A stretch of DNA of 64,000 nucleotides from an uncultured Gemmatimonadales bacterium (lineage in GTDB: Bacteria > Gemmatimonadota > Gemmatimonadetes > Gemmatimonadales > GWC2-71-9). The position numbers were made by a program, and so were the translations under genes. Every line of letters starts with the position of its first letter. Position 1 is the stretch's first letter. The stretch lies in assembly GCA_963730185.1 (NCBI GenBank), contig CAVSQW010000015.1:416001-480000 (forward strand), in the 5' to 3' direction. Positions 51,877 to 64,000 of the stretch are shown here, piece by piece. A model generated the notes under the pieces. The model did no database searches and was not told where the DNA came from. It saw only the letters and a list, made by a program, of their open reading frames with translations.

Positions 51877-52460
51877 GTGAGCGGGACTATTTCGTGCACG
51901 AGTCGAGCTACGTCGACGAGGGCGCCGTAATCGGTACGGGGACCAAGGTCTGGCACTTCAGCCACGTGATGCCGGGGGCCGTGATCGGCCCGAGGTGCAA
52001 TCTGGGCCAGAACGTGGTGGTGATGCCGGGCACCCGGATCGGGGCGAACGTGAAGATCCAGAACAACGTCTCGATCTACGAGGGCGTGGAGCTCGAGGAC
52101 GACGTGTTCTGCGGTCCGAGCTGCGTGTTCACCAACGTCATCAATCCCCGGAGCCACGTCTCCCGGAAGCACGAGTACCTCCGCACCCTGGTGCGGCGGG
52201 GCGCGTCGATTGGGGCCAACGCGACGATCGTGTGCGGGGCGACGATCGGCGACTACGCCTTCATCGGGGCGGGCGCGGTGGTCCGCGGCGACGTGCCGGC
52301 CTACGCGCTGGTGGTGGGGGTGCCGGCCCGGCGGATCGGGTGGGTCTGCCGGTGCGGCGTCCGGTTGGTGGTACGTGGCGGGGCGGCCGACTGCGCCGAC
52401 TGCGGCGCCTCCTACCGCGAGGAGGGAGGCCTGATCCGGCCCGTTGACTCGGCTGGATGA
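51873..52460 (+). CDS. wbpD: WbpD-like hexapeptide N-acetyltransferase
   Basis: [47 protein letters not shown]-terminal CRCG..CADC. Confidence 0.85.
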   Translation: MSERDYFVHESSYVDEGAVIGTGTKVWHFSHVMPGAVIGPRCNLGQNVVVMPGTRIGANVKIQNNVSIYEGVELEDDVFCGPSCVFTNVINPRSHVSRKHEYLRTLVRRGASIGANATIVCGATIGDYAFIGAGAVVRGDVPAYALVVGVPARRIGWVCRCGVRLVVRGGAADCADCGASYREEGGLIRPVDSAG

Positions 52461-52582
52461 GATAGTCTAAACTTATTGCTGGTAATGATTTGCGGTAATT
52501 CAATAGCTCGCGTTCTGCGCCCGGAAGCGGCTGGGAGCTCGGGCTCGTCGTTTGTGGGGCCAGGTGGTCCGAGGAGGCATCC

Positions 52583-53698
52583 GTGAACGTTCCGTTGCTG
52601 GATCTCAAGGCGCAGTACGCCAGCATCAAGGACGAGGTAGACCGGGCGGTCGCATCGGTGATCGAGCGGCAGGCGTTCATCATGGGACCGGAGGTCGGTG
52701 AACTCGAGACCCGGGTGGCGGCGCTCTGTGGGGCGAAGCACGGGATCGGGTGCGCCAGCGGCACCGACGCCCTCCTGCTGCCCCTCAAGTCGCTCGGCCT
52801 CTCGGCCGACGACGAGGTGATCGCACCGAGCTTCACGTTCTTCGCGACCGCCGGGGCCATCCACAACGCCGGGGGCAGGCCGGTCTTCGTCGACATCGAG
52901 GCGGACACCTTCAACGTCGATCCGGACGCGATCGAGGCGGCCATCACCCCCCGGACGCGGGCCATCGTCGTGGTCCACCTCTTCGGCCAGATGGCCAGGA
53001 TGGAGCGCATCCTGGCGATCGCGGACCGTCACGGCCTGCCGGTGCTGGAGGACGGCGCCCAGGCGATCGGCGCCCGGCGGCGGATCGACGGCGACTGGAA
53101 GCTGGCCGGTCAGCTGGGCTGGGCGGGGACCTTCTCGTTCTTCCCGAGCAAGAATCTCGGCGGCTTCGGCGACGGCGGCATGATCGTGACTCAGGGCGAC
53201 GAGCTGGCCGCCCGGCTCAAGAAGCTCCGGCTCCATGGCGGGGCGAAGCAGTATCACCATGAGGAGGTCGGCACCAACAGCCGACTCGACACCCTCCAGG
53301 CGGCGGTGCTTCTGGCCAAGCTGCCGCACCTGGCGGAGTGGAGTGCCGGTCGGCGTGAGCGCGCGGCCAGGTACGCCCGGGCTTTCGAGGGCCATCCCCA
53401 TGTCACTACGCCAGTTACAGGCCAAGACAACGAGCACATCTTCCACCAGTACACCCTGCGGGTCCCCCGACGGGATGAGCTGCTGGCCCATCTCAAGTCG
53501 GGCGGCATTGGATGTGCAGTGTACTACCCGGTCGGCCTTCATCTTCAGCCATGCTTCGCGGACCTGGGCTACGGCCCGGGCTCGCTGCCGGCGACGGAGG
53601 AGGCGATGCGAACCGTGATTTCGTTGCCGGTCTATCCGGAGCTGACCGACGCCCAACAGGACGCCGTGGTCGACGCCGTGAGGGGATTTTTCGGGTGA
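52583..53698 (+). CDS. DegT/DnrJ/EryC1/StrS aminotransferase (WbpE-like)
   Basis: GGAGG RBS; SGTDAL, FTFFATAG, VHLFGQ, EDGAQ, SFFPSKNLG. Confidence 0.93.
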   Translation: MNVPLLDLKAQYASIKDEVDRAVASVIERQAFIMGPEVGELETRVAALCGAKHGIGCASGTDALLLPLKSLGLSADDEVIAPSFTFFATAGAIHNAGGRPVFVDIEADTFNVDPDAIEAAITPRTRAIVVVHLFGQMARMERILAIADRHGLPVLEDGAQAIGARRRIDGDWKLAGQLGWAGTFSFFPSKNLGGFGDGGMIVTQGDELAARLKKLRLHGGAKQYHHEEVGTNSRLDTLQAAVLLAKLPHLAEWSAGRRERAARYARAFEGHPHVTTPVTGQDNEHIFHQYTLRVPRRDELLAHLKSGGIGCAVYYPVGLHLQPCFADLGYGPGSLPATEEAMRTVISLPVYPELTDAQQDAVVDAVRGFFG

Positions 53699-54705
53699 GC
53701 CGTCTCAAGGTTGGGGTCATCGGGGCCGGCGCCTGGGGGCGCAATCACGTCCGCACCTTGGCCGGCCTGCCCGAGGTCGAGCTGGCCGCCGTGGCCGATC
53801 TCAACGAGGGGGTCCGGGAGCGGACCGCCCGGGCCTACCCGGGCACGCTGGTGACCGATTCGGTCGACAGGTTGTTGAGCGCGGTCGACGCCGTGGTCGT
53901 GGCCTCGACCGCGCGGACCCATGCCGCGCTGGCGCTCCAGGCCATCCGGGCCGGCAAAACGGTGCTGGTGGAGAAGCCGTTCGCCCTGGGGGTCGCCGAC
54001 GCCGAAGCGGTCGCGGCCGAGGGCGCCCGGCTCGGGGTGCCGGTGCTGGTCGGGCACCTGCTGGAGTTCCACCCGGTGGTCGATCGGCTCCGGTCAATGA
54101 TCGTCACGGGCGCGCTGGGCGAGGTGTACTACCTGTATTCCCAGCGGGTGAACCTGGGTCAGGTGCGTCCCGACGAGAACGCCCTCTGGAGCTTCGGGCC
54201 GCACGACATCTCGGTCGCCCTCTACCTGATGGGCGAGGCCCCGGTGAGTGTCACCGCGCAGGGGCACTCGTACCTGCAGCCGGGGATCGAGGACGTGGTG
54301 TTCCTGGTGATGATGTTCCGGTCGGGCGTGGTGGCGCACGCCCACCTGTCCTGGCTCGACCCGCACAAGGAACGTCGGCTGACGGTGGTCGGCTCGCGGC
54401 AGATGGCGGTGTTCGACGACATGGCGCCGCGGGAAAAGCTCCGGCTCTACGACAAGGGCGTGGATCGCCCACCGGAGTACGGATCGTACGGCGAGAGCCT
54501 GGCGGTCAGGGAAGGGGACATCTGGATTCCGAAGCTGTCGAACGCTGAGCCACTCGGGCTCGAGCTCCGGCACTTCGTCGGGGTCGCACGGGGCGAAGCG
54601 CCGACGCGAGCGGACGCGAACGACGGCGTACGGGTGGTACGCGTGCTCGAGGCGGCCGGCCGCTCGCTCGCGGCGAACGGCGCGCCCATCACCATTGAGG
54701 CATGA
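53695..54705 (+). CDS. Gfo/Idh/MocA oxidoreductase (WbpB/GnnA-like)
   Basis: IGAGAWGRNH, VLVEKP, HDIS. Confidence 0.9.
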   Translation: MSRLKVGVIGAGAWGRNHVRTLAGLPEVELAAVADLNEGVRERTARAYPGTLVTDSVDRLLSAVDAVVVASTARTHAALALQAIRAGKTVLVEKPFALGVADAEAVAAEGARLGVPVLVGHLLEFHPVVDRLRSMIVTGALGEVYYLYSQRVNLGQVRPDENALWSFGPHDISVALYLMGEAPVSVTAQGHSYLQPGIEDVVFLVMMFRSGVVAHAHLSWLDPHKERRLTVVGSRQMAVFDDMAPREKLRLYDKGVDRPPEYGSYGESLAVREGDIWIPKLSNAEPLGLELRHFVGVARGEAPTRADANDGVRVVRVLEAAGRSLAANGAPITIEA

Positions 54706-54709
54706 GGCC

Positions 54710-56005
54710 ATGGCGTCTCTCGCGGAACAACTGATTGCAAAGGCGGAACGGCGCGACGCGCTGTTCGGGATCGTGGGGCTGGGTTACGTCGGGCTGCCGC
54801 TCGCGGTCGAGCTGGCCAAGGCCGGCTACAAGGTGCTCGGCTTCGACGTGAGCCAGCGGGTGGTCGACGGCCTCAACGCCGGGAAATCGCACGTCAAGGA
54901 CATCACCGACGCCCAATTGGCGGAGGCGGTCGAGGCCGGCCGTTTCTCGGCGACGACCGACGGTGCCGCCCTCGCGGCCTGCGACGCGATCTCGATCTGC
55001 GTACCGACCCCGCTCTCGAAGTTCAAGGACCCCGACGTCAGCTACATCGTGGCGGCCACGGAGACGGTCAAGGCCGTGCTCCGGCCCGGGCAGGCGATCA
55101 TCCTCGAGAGCACGACCTACCCGGGCACCACCCGGGAGATCATGCTCCCGGCGCTGGAATCGACCGGGCTCAAGGTGGGCGAGGATTTCTTCCTGGCCTT
55201 CAGCCCCGAGCGGGTCGATCCCGGTAACGAGACCTACCGGACCAAGAACACCCCGAAGGTGGTCGGCGGGATCACCCTCGATTGCCAGCGGGTGGTGATG
55301 GCCCTCTATCAGCCGTCAATCGACACGCTGGTGCCGGTGTCGACGACCGAGGCGGCCGAGCTGGTCAAGCTCCTCGAGAACACCTTCCGGAGCGTGAACA
55401 TCGGTCTGGTGAACGAGATGGCCATCGTCTGCGACAAGCTGGGCGTGGACGTCTGGGAAGTGATCGAAGCCGCGGCCACCAAGCCGTTCGGCTTCATGAA
55501 ATTCCTCCCGGGCCCGGGACTGGGCGGGCACTGCATCCCGATCGATCCCCACTACCTCGCCTGGAAGATGCGGGGCCTCAACTACAAGACCCGGTTCATC
55601 GACCTGGCCGGCGAGCTCAACACCGAGATGCCGGTCTTCTGGGTCCGAAAGGTGGCCGACGCGCTGAACGAGGCCGGCCGGGCCGTCCGGGGGTCCTCGG
55701 TCCTAGTGCTCGGCGTCGCCTACAAGCGGGACATCGAGGATCTCCGGGAAAGCCCGGCGCTCGACATCATCCGCCTGCTCCAGGGCCAGGGCGCCCGGGT
55801 CTCCTATCACGACCCCTACGTCCCCGAGTACCGGGAGGACGGGCACAGCCTCCGGTCGGTGCCATTGACCTCGGAGACGCTCGCCAAGGTCGACTGCGTG
55901 ATGATCGTGACTGACCACACCAACGTGGACTACGGCCTGATCCGCCAGGAAGCCAAGGTCGTCGTGGACACTCGGAACGCGCTCAAGCGCGTGATGGGAA
56001 GCTGA
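54710..56005 (+). CDS. Nucleotide-sugar 6-dehydrogenase (WbpA-like)
   Basis: [52 protein letters not shown]. Confidence 0.92.
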   Translation: MASLAEQLIAKAERRDALFGIVGLGYVGLPLAVELAKAGYKVLGFDVSQRVVDGLNAGKSHVKDITDAQLAEAVEAGRFSATTDGAALAACDAISICVPTPLSKFKDPDVSYIVAATETVKAVLRPGQAIILESTTYPGTTREIMLPALESTGLKVGEDFFLAFSPERVDPGNETYRTKNTPKVVGGITLDCQRVVMALYQPSIDTLVPVSTTEAAELVKLLENTFRSVNIGLVNEMAIVCDKLGVDVWEVIEAAATKPFGFMKFLPGPGLGGHCIPIDPHYLAWKMRGLNYKTRFIDLAGELNTEMPVFWVRKVADALNEAGRAVRGSSVLVLGVAYKRDIEDLRESPALDIIRLLQGQGARVSYHDPYVPEYREDGHSLRSVPLTSETLAKVDCVMIVTDHTNVDYGLIRQEAKVVVDTRNALKRVMGS

Positions 56006-56008
56006 GCC

Positions 56009-57317
56009 ATGCGGGTTACCGTCATCGGGAGCGGGCTACGTCGGGCTGGTGGCCGGCGCCTGCTTGGCCGAGACCGGCAACGACGTGGTCTGCGCCGACG
56101 TCGACCTCGACAAGATCGAGCGGCTCCGTCGGAACGACATCCCGATCTACGAGCCCGGCCTCGAGCCAATGGTCCGGCGGAACCAGGCCGAAGGCCGGCT
56201 CGAGTTCACCGGCGACGTGGCCGAAGCCGTGCACCATGGGCGGGTGATCTTCATCGCGGTGGGTACGCCCCCCGGCGAGGACGGCTCGGCCGACCTGCAA
56301 GCACGTGCTGGCGGTGGCCACGGCCGTCGGCAAGCACATGACCGAGCCCAAGATCGTGGTCACCAAGTCGACCGTGCCGGTGGGCACCGCCGAGAAGGTG
56401 CGGGCCGCGATCCAGGCCGAGACCGAACATCGGGTTCTCGGTCTGCTCCAACCCGGAGTTCCTCAAGGAAGGCGCGGCGATCGAGGACTTCATGAAGCCC
56501 GACCGGGTGGTGGTCGGGGTGGATTCCGACGAGGCCCGGGAGGCGCTGGCGCAGCTCTACGCGCCCTTCGTCCGGACCGGTAACCCGATCCTGTTCATGG
56601 ACATCCCCTCGGCCGAGGTCACCAAGTACGCCGCCAACGCGATGCTGGCCACCCGGATCTCGTTCATGAACCAGATGGCGCACCTCTGCGAGCTGGTGGG
56701 TGCCGACGTGGACCTGCGTCCGGCAAGGGCATCGGCAGCGACCAGCGGATCGGCTCGGCGTTCCTCTTCCCGGGGCCCGGGTACGGCGGCTCGTGCTTTC
56801 CGAAGGACGTCAAGGCGCTGATCCGGACGGCCAAGGACCTGGGCATCGGCTCCGGTGCTCTGGGAGGCGGTCGAGGCGGTCAACGAGCGCCAGAAGCTGG
56901 TGTTGCTCGACAAGGTGCACGCGGCGTTCGGTGGCAGCCTGGCGGGCAAGCGGATCGCCGTCTGGGGCCTGGCCTTCAAGGCCGAGACCGACGACATGCG
57001 GGAGAGCCCCTCGATCCCGCTGATCGAGCGGATCCTGGCGGCGGGCGGCGTCGGTCACCGCCCACGATCCCAAGGCGATGGACGTGGCCCGGGACCTGTT
57101 TGGCGACCGGGTGCAGTTCGGCAAGGACCCCTACGATGCGGTGGCCCGGGCCGAGGCGCTGGTGATCGTGACCGAGTGGCTGGTCTACCGGAACCCCGAC
57201 TTCGACCGGCTCCGCAACGAGCTGACCCGGCCGATCATCGTCGACGGCCGGAACCTCTTCGACCCCGACCGGATGGCCCGTCTGGGCTTCACCTATCGCG
57301 GGATCGGTCGGGGGTAG
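56009..57317 (+). CDS. ugd: UDP-glucose 6-dehydrogenase (multiple indels)
   Basis: [62 protein letters not shown]. Confidence 0.92.
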
Positions 57318-57319
57318 GC

Positions 57320-58255
57320 ATGCGCGTGCTGATCACCGGCGCCGCCGGGTTCCTAGGCTCGCACCTGACCGACCGCTTCCTCGCCGACGGCCACGAGGTC
57401 GTCGGGATGGACAACTTCATCACCGGCTCGCCCGACAACCTCAAGCACCTCGAGGGCGACGATCGGTTCGAGTTGATCGAGCACGACGTCTCCAAGTACG
57501 TCTCGGTCGACGGGCACCTCGATGGGGTGCTGCACTTCGCGTCGCCGGCCAGCCCGATCGACTATCTCCAGCTCCCCATCCAGACCCTCAAGGTCGGCTC
57601 GCTCGGCACCCACAACACCCTGGGGGTCGCCAAGGCGAAAGGCGCTCGGTACTTCCTGGCGTCGACTTCGGAGGTCTACGGCGACCCCCAGGTCCATCCC
57701 CAGCCCGAGAGCTACTGGGGCCACGTCAATCCGGTCGGTCCGCGGGGGGTCTACGACGAGGCCAAGCGGTTCGCCGAAGCGATGACCATGGCCTATCACC
57801 GCTATCACGGGGTCGAGACCCGGATCGTCCGGATCTTCAATACCTACGGGCCCCGGATGCGCCCGTACGACGGCCGGGTCGTGTCGAATTTCGTGGTGCA
57901 GGCGCTCAAGGGAGAGCCCCTCACGGTCTACGGCCAGGGGAACCAGACCCGCTCCTTCTGCTATGTCTCCGACCTGATCGAGGGGATCTACCGCCTCTTC
58001 CAGAGCGACCGGGTCGACCCGACCAACATCGGGAATCCGGCCGAGTTCACCGTGCTCGAGCTGGCCAGGCTGGTGAAGGAGATGACCGGCAGCGCCTCCC
58101 CGATCGAGTACGAGCCCCTCCCGACCGACGATCCCAAGGTCCGCCGGCCCGACATCACCATCGCCCGTGAGGTCCTGGGCTGGGAGGCCAACGTCGACCT
58201 CCGCCAAGGGCTGGTTCGGACCATCGATTACTTCCGGTCCGTCGTCGGCGCATGA
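57320..58255 (+). CDS. UDP-glucuronate decarboxylase (UDP-xylose synthase family)
   Basis: [53 protein letters not shown]. Confidence 0.9.
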   Translation: MRVLITGAAGFLGSHLTDRFLADGHEVVGMDNFITGSPDNLKHLEGDDRFELIEHDVSKYVSVDGHLDGVLHFASPASPIDYLQLPIQTLKVGSLGTHNTLGVAKAKGARYFLASTSEVYGDPQVHPQPESYWGHVNPVGPRGVYDEAKRFAEAMTMAYHRYHGVETRIVRIFNTYGPRMRPYDGRVVSNFVVQALKGEPLTVYGQGNQTRSFCYVSDLIEGIYRLFQSDRVDPTNIGNPAEFTVLELARLVKEMTGSASPIEYEPLPTDDPKVRRPDITIAREVLGWEANVDLRQGLVRTIDYFRSVVGA

Positions 58256-59220
58256 CCCGGGTGCTGGTGACCGGGGCGGCCGGTTTCATCGGCTCGCACC
58301 TGGCCGAGGCGCTAGTGGCCCGGGGCGACGAGGTGATCGGGGTCGACTGTTTCGATCCGTTCTACCCCCGCCCGTACAAGGAAGCCAACCTGGCCCGGCT
58401 CCGCCGCGAAGCCGGCTTCCGGCTGGTCGAAGCCGACGTGGCCGAGGTCGACACCGTGACCGGCCTGCTGACGCCCGATACGGTGGTGGCCCACCTGGCG
58501 GCCAAGGCGGGGGTCCGGCCCTCGATCGCCGACCCGGTGGGGTACGCTCGGACGAACGTCCAGGGCACGGCCGCGGTGGTGGAGGCCATGCGCCGGGCCG
58601 GGGCCACCCGGCTGGCCTTCGGATCCTCCTCCTCGGTGTACGGCAATTCCACGCCGGCCCCCTTCCGGGAGGATGCCGAGGCCCTCTGCCCGGTGTCTCC
58701 CTACGCCGCCACCAAACGGGCCGCGGAGCTGCTCCTGGTGGCCATGGCACCCCTGGTGGGTCTCAAAGTGGCCTCACTCCGCTATTTTACTGTGTTCGGC
58801 CCCCGGCAGCGTCCGGATCTCGCGATCCACGGGTTCACCCGGCGGATGCTCCAGGGGGAGTCGCTGACGCTCTTCGGCGACGGGAGCCAGGCCCGCGACT
58901 ACACCTACTGCTCGGACATCGTGGCAGGTACGGTGGCGGCCATCGATTGGACGGCGAGCGCTCCGGTCGGCGTCGAGCACTTCAATCTCGGGGGACATCG
59001 ACCCGTGCCGCTCCGCGATTTGGTCGCGGCGCTGTCCGGGGCGCTGGGAATCACCCCCCGGGTTCAGTGGCTCCCGATGCAGCCGGGGGACGTCGAGTTG
59101 ACCTACGCCGACCTGACCAAATCGGGCTCGGTACTGGGGTTCGCCCCTCGGGTCGGCTTCGACGAGGGGATCGCCCGTTTCGTGGAGTGGTGTCGAAACT
59201 TCTATGAAAGTCAGCACTGA
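58252..59220 (+). CDS. NAD-dependent epimerase (UDP-glucuronate 4-epimerase-like)
   Basis: [48 protein letters not shown]. Confidence 0.87.
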   Translation: MTRVLVTGAAGFIGSHLAEALVARGDEVIGVDCFDPFYPRPYKEANLARLRREAGFRLVEADVAEVDTVTGLLTPDTVVAHLAAKAGVRPSIADPVGYARTNVQGTAAVVEAMRRAGATRLAFGSSSSVYGNSTPAPFREDAEALCPVSPYAATKRAAELLLVAMAPLVGLKVASLRYFTVFGPRQRPDLAIHGFTRRMLQGESLTLFGDGSQARDYTYCSDIVAGTVAAIDWTASAPVGVEHFNLGGHRPVPLRDLVAALSGALGITPRVQWLPMQPGDVELTYADLTKSGSVLGFAPRVGFDEGIARFVEWCRNFYESQH

Positions 59221-59911
59221 GCATCTGCTCCAGCAGGCCCGTGAGCGCTTCACGGTCCAGGACTATTACGGCGCAGTGCATCTGCTCGACGAGATCCTCG
59301 AAGGCGGTCGTGCCTTCGCGGACGCTCTGCATTTGCGGGGGGTCTGCCTCTCGCTGCTCGGTCAGACCGAGCGCGCCCTGGAGGACTTCGACCAGGCCCT
59401 CGAGCTGAACCCCCGCTACGTCGACGCCCTGGTCCATCGGGGAGTGATCCTGGTGGAGCTGGGCCGCACGGCCGAAGCCGACGCCTCGTTTCAGCGGGCC
59501 GCGGCGCTGGGGCAAGGAGCCCTGGGCGGCTTCTCGCGGCCGGTCGCCGCCCGGCTGGCCAACATGCACGCTACGCTGGGCGACGCCTACGCCGACGCCG
59601 GCGCGCTCCATCCGGCCATCGAGCAGTACCGGCGGGCCGTCGAGCTCGGCCCGGATTTCCACGATCTTCGCTACCGGCTCGCCCGCTTCCTGCTCGACGT
59701 GGGCCGGCCGCTCGAGGCCCGCGAAGAGCTGGAGCGGATCGTGAGCGTCCAGCCCGATTTCATCGACGCCCAGGCCACCCTCGGCTTGGCCCACTACCTC
59801 TCCGGCGATGCCACCGGGGCTCAGGAGATCTGGGCCCAGTGTCTTCGGCGCCGCCCGGACAACGCCCGCGTGGGGGCCTATCTGGCGATGGCGGAGCGGC
59901 TGGTTTCGTGA
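59204..59911 (+). CDS. Tetratricopeptide repeat protein
   Basis: Repeated TPR patterns (ALEDFDQALELNP, AIEQYRRAVELGP). Confidence 0.88.
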   Translation: MKVSTEHLLQQARERFTVQDYYGAVHLLDEILEGGRAFADALHLRGVCLSLLGQTERALEDFDQALELNPRYVDALVHRGVILVELGRTAEADASFQRAAALGQGALGGFSRPVAARLANMHATLGDAYADAGALHPAIEQYRRAVELGPDFHDLRYRLARFLLDVGRPLEAREELERIVSVQPDFIDAQATLGLAHYLSGDATGAQEIWAQCLRRRPDNARVGAYLAMAERLVS

Positions 59912-60822
59912 GGCTCCGCTTCCTGATGGGGATGGCCATGCTGGTCTCGGGATGCAGCTTCGCCGCCGCCGACCACGAGCGTCTGGGTGACGAGGCCTTC
60001 CGCGATGGCCAGTACGCCAAGGCCCTGGCCGAATATCAGGCCGCCCAGAAGAGCGGGCCCCGGAGCCGGGTCTGGGCCAAGGCCGGCCTGGCCGCGCTCA
60101 AAGCGCCCGATCTCGGCGCCGCGATCGACGCCTACCGCGAGCTCGCGACCTCCGATCCAAGCCGGGCCACTGAAGCCGCCGTCGGCCTCGAGCACGTGGT
60201 CGACGCCGCGACCCGGGGAGGCGACGGCCAGGCGGCCATCGTGCCCCGAGCGGTCCGGGCGCTCCGAGAGGTCGCGCCCACCCGCCCCTTGGGGCGGCTC
60301 GCCCAGGTGTCCGTCAGCGGGCCGGCGGTCGGCCCGGCGGAGTTCGCGAGCCTGGCACCCGCGGCCCTCGCGACGGCGCCCAACGCCAGCGCGGTCGACT
60401 CGCTCCTGCTCCGCTACGCCAACGCCCAACGGACCACCACGGCCTGCGACGGTGCCGCGCGGAGCTACCAGAGCGTGCTCCGACGGACCGAGCGGTCCCG
60501 GGTTCGAACCGAGGCCCGGGAGGGATTGGCGTTCTGCGCCCTGGTGCTCGGCCTCGACGCGCTGACCACCCAGCAGGCCGATCAGGCCGAGCGCTGGTTC
60601 GAGGCCGTGCTCTCGGTGGAGTCGGGAACCCCGCGCAGCTGGCGGGCCCAGATCGGGCGGGGGGACGCCCGCCTCCTGCGAGGCGACGCGATCGGGGCGT
60701 CGGTGGCCTATCAGTCGGTGCTGGCGGGGGCGTCGGTCCCCGACAGCCTTCGGACCATGGCGGCGACCCGCCTCAACGAGCTGGGCTCGGCGTCGGCCGG
60801 CCCTTCGGGAGGCGGGGCATGA
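59908..60822 (+). CDS. TPR-like lipoprotein
   Basis: Lipobox VSGC; TPR-like helices; coupled on both sides. Confidence 0.7.
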   Translation: MRLRFLMGMAMLVSGCSFAAADHERLGDEAFRDGQYAKALAEYQAAQKSGPRSRVWAKAGLAALKAPDLGAAIDAYRELATSDPSRATEAAVGLEHVVDAATRGGDGQAAIVPRAVRALREVAPTRPLGRLAQVSVSGPAVGPAEFASLAPAALATAPNASAVDSLLLRYANAQRTTTACDGAARSYQSVLRRTERSRVRTEAREGLAFCALVLGLDALTTQQADQAERWFEAVLSVESGTPRSWRAQIGRGDARLLRGDAIGASVAYQSVLAGASVPDSLRTMAATRLNELGSASAGPSGGGA

Positions 60823-61619
60823 TCCGTCGATTCGCGTTGCTGGCCCTGGCCCTGGTGGTGCTCGGCGGGTGCTGGCCCTTTGGCCACGGCAAGAAATCGG
60901 CGGCCCCACCGCCGGTGCTCGCCAACTCCCCTCGGACCATCGACTCACTCTGGCAGGTGGGGGTGGGCGAGTTCAACAACGGACATTGGGGCGACGCGCG
61001 GAAGGCCTTCGATCGGGTCGGCACCGGGCTGGCGGCCACCGACCCGCGCTACTCCAGGCTCCGGTTCTTCCAGGCCGAGATCGCTTTGGCGGAGGGGACC
61101 GAGCTCGATGCGGTCCGGATCTTTCGCCGGATCGCCGACGAGACGCCCCAGGATTCGTTGGCGCCCGACGCGCTGCTCCGGGCCGGTGACGCCTACGCGG
61201 CGCTCTGGCGGAACCCGGAGCTCGATCCGACCTACGGGCAGACGGCGCTCGGCGTCTACCAGGAAGTGATCGCGCGCTATCCCAGCTCCGAGGCCGCCAA
61301 GCGGGCGCAGCTGGGCGTGAGCGAGCTGAACGAGCAGTTCGCGTTCAAGGAGTATCGGAGCGCGCTGTTCTACTACAAGTTCAAGGCGTACGAGTCCGCG
61401 ATCCTCATGCTCCGGAGCGTCGTCGCGGACTACCCCCGGGCCGAGATCGTCCCGGACGCGCTCGGGAAGCTGGTCGAAGCCTACCAGAAGCTCGGGTACG
61501 AGGAAGACCTCAAGGAAGCGTGCGGCTACATCGCCCGCTTCCACCCCGAGCCGGGCGGCCCCATCCGGCTCTGTCCGGCGACCCAGGCGGCGGATTCCAC
61601 GGCACCCGGCGCTCACTGA
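60819..61619 (+). CDS. bamD: Outer membrane protein assembly factor BamD
   Basis: Lipobox LGGC; TPR helices; ELDPTY..A...Y..YP; KEYRSALFYYK..A..YP pattern. Confidence 0.8.
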   Translation: MIRRFALLALALVVLGGCWPFGHGKKSAAPPPVLANSPRTIDSLWQVGVGEFNNGHWGDARKAFDRVGTGLAATDPRYSRLRFFQAEIALAEGTELDAVRIFRRIADETPQDSLAPDALLRAGDAYAALWRNPELDPTYGQTALGVYQEVIARYPSSEAAKRAQLGVSELNEQFAFKEYRSALFYYKFKAYESAILMLRSVVADYPRAEIVPDALGKLVEAYQKLGYEEDLKEACGYIARFHPEPGGPIRLCPATQAADSTAPGAH

Positions 61620-62189
61620 ATGCACCTGGTCGTCTTCGGGGGATCATTCGACCCGATCCACCACGGGCACCTGATCGTCGCCGGCGCCGCGCGCGAAGAG
61701 CTCGACGCCGATTCGGTGCGATTGGTGCCGACCGGCCAGCAGCCCTTCAAGGTGGGCCGACACCGGGCGCCGGCCTCTGACCGCCTCGCCATGGTCGCGC
61801 TCGCGGTCGACGGTCGGACCGATCTGGTGGCCGATCCCTGCGAGGTGAACCGGGACGGCCCCTCGTACACCGTGGACACGCTTCGAGCCTATGTCGAGCG
61901 GTTTCCCGGGGCGAGGATGAGCCTGGCGGTCGGTCTCGACGCCATCGCGCTGTTCGATTCCTGGCGCGAACCGGCCGAAATTCGGTCACTAGCGGAGGTG
62001 GTCGCACTGGTCCGATTGGGGGAGGACGTCCCTCGAGGGCTGGCGGCGCGGGTCGTCACCGTGCCCCGAATCGATATATCATCCACTGAAGTGCGCGAGC
62101 GGGTCCGCCGGGGGCGATCGATCCGCTATTGGGTCCCCGAGTCGGTGGACCGTTACATCGCGGCCCACGCCCTGTACCGGGAAACGTAA
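61620..62189 (+). CDS. nadD: Nicotinate-nucleotide adenylyltransferase
   Basis: FGGSFDPIHHGH, SYTVDTL, ISSTEVR. Confidence 0.95.
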   Translation: MHLVVFGGSFDPIHHGHLIVAGAAREELDADSVRLVPTGQQPFKVGRHRAPASDRLAMVALAVDGRTDLVADPCEVNRDGPSYTVDTLRAYVERFPGARMSLAVGLDAIALFDSWREPAEIRSLAEVVALVRLGEDVPRGLAARVVTVPRIDISSTEVRERVRRGRSIRYWVPESVDRYIAAHALYRET

Positions 62190-62192
62190 CTG

Positions 62193-64000
<1,808 letters not shown>

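Overview
High-GC core-genome segment, most consistent with a Gemmatimonadota-like bacterium (inferred from gene content and order and a long FCB-type SecA, not from a search). About 70 protein genes and one tRNA-Leu(CAG). I saw no CRISPR array, rRNA, integrase, transposase or phage gene. Main blocks: sodA/peroxiredoxin; two kinases plus a response regulator ahead of a TonB-ExbB-ExbD-ExbD-TonB cluster; a peptidoglycan-sugar salvage cluster (NamZ, NagZ, serine hydrolase, Na+/solute symporter, BadF-type kinase, GntR); CDP-alcohol phosphotransferase plus inositol-3-phosphate synthase; 2-oxoacid dehydrogenase E1a/E1b/E2; PHP/Cys-rich unknown/trxB/MBL; aspA-like lyase; Rrf2-moeZ; smpB-amidase-pyrD-pyrF; a stand-alone rpmJ-rplQ operon; rpmB; and a long run gmd-rmd-carB-murB-wbpD/E/B/A-ugd-uxs-epimerase-TPR-TPR-bamD-nadD-secA. 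Many genes, including essential ones (rpsD, rpoA, carB, trxB), carry small indels that are best explained as sequencing or assembly errors, so their boundaries are approximate. I found no unambiguous new system. The best leads are the inositol-lipid gene pair, the non-PTS MurNAc salvage module with head-to-head nagZ/namZ and a catalytically dead hydrolase, the Cys-rich unknown next to trxB, the inverted G/C repeat arrays at the Rrf2 promoter, and a sugar-precursor cluster with no transferases.
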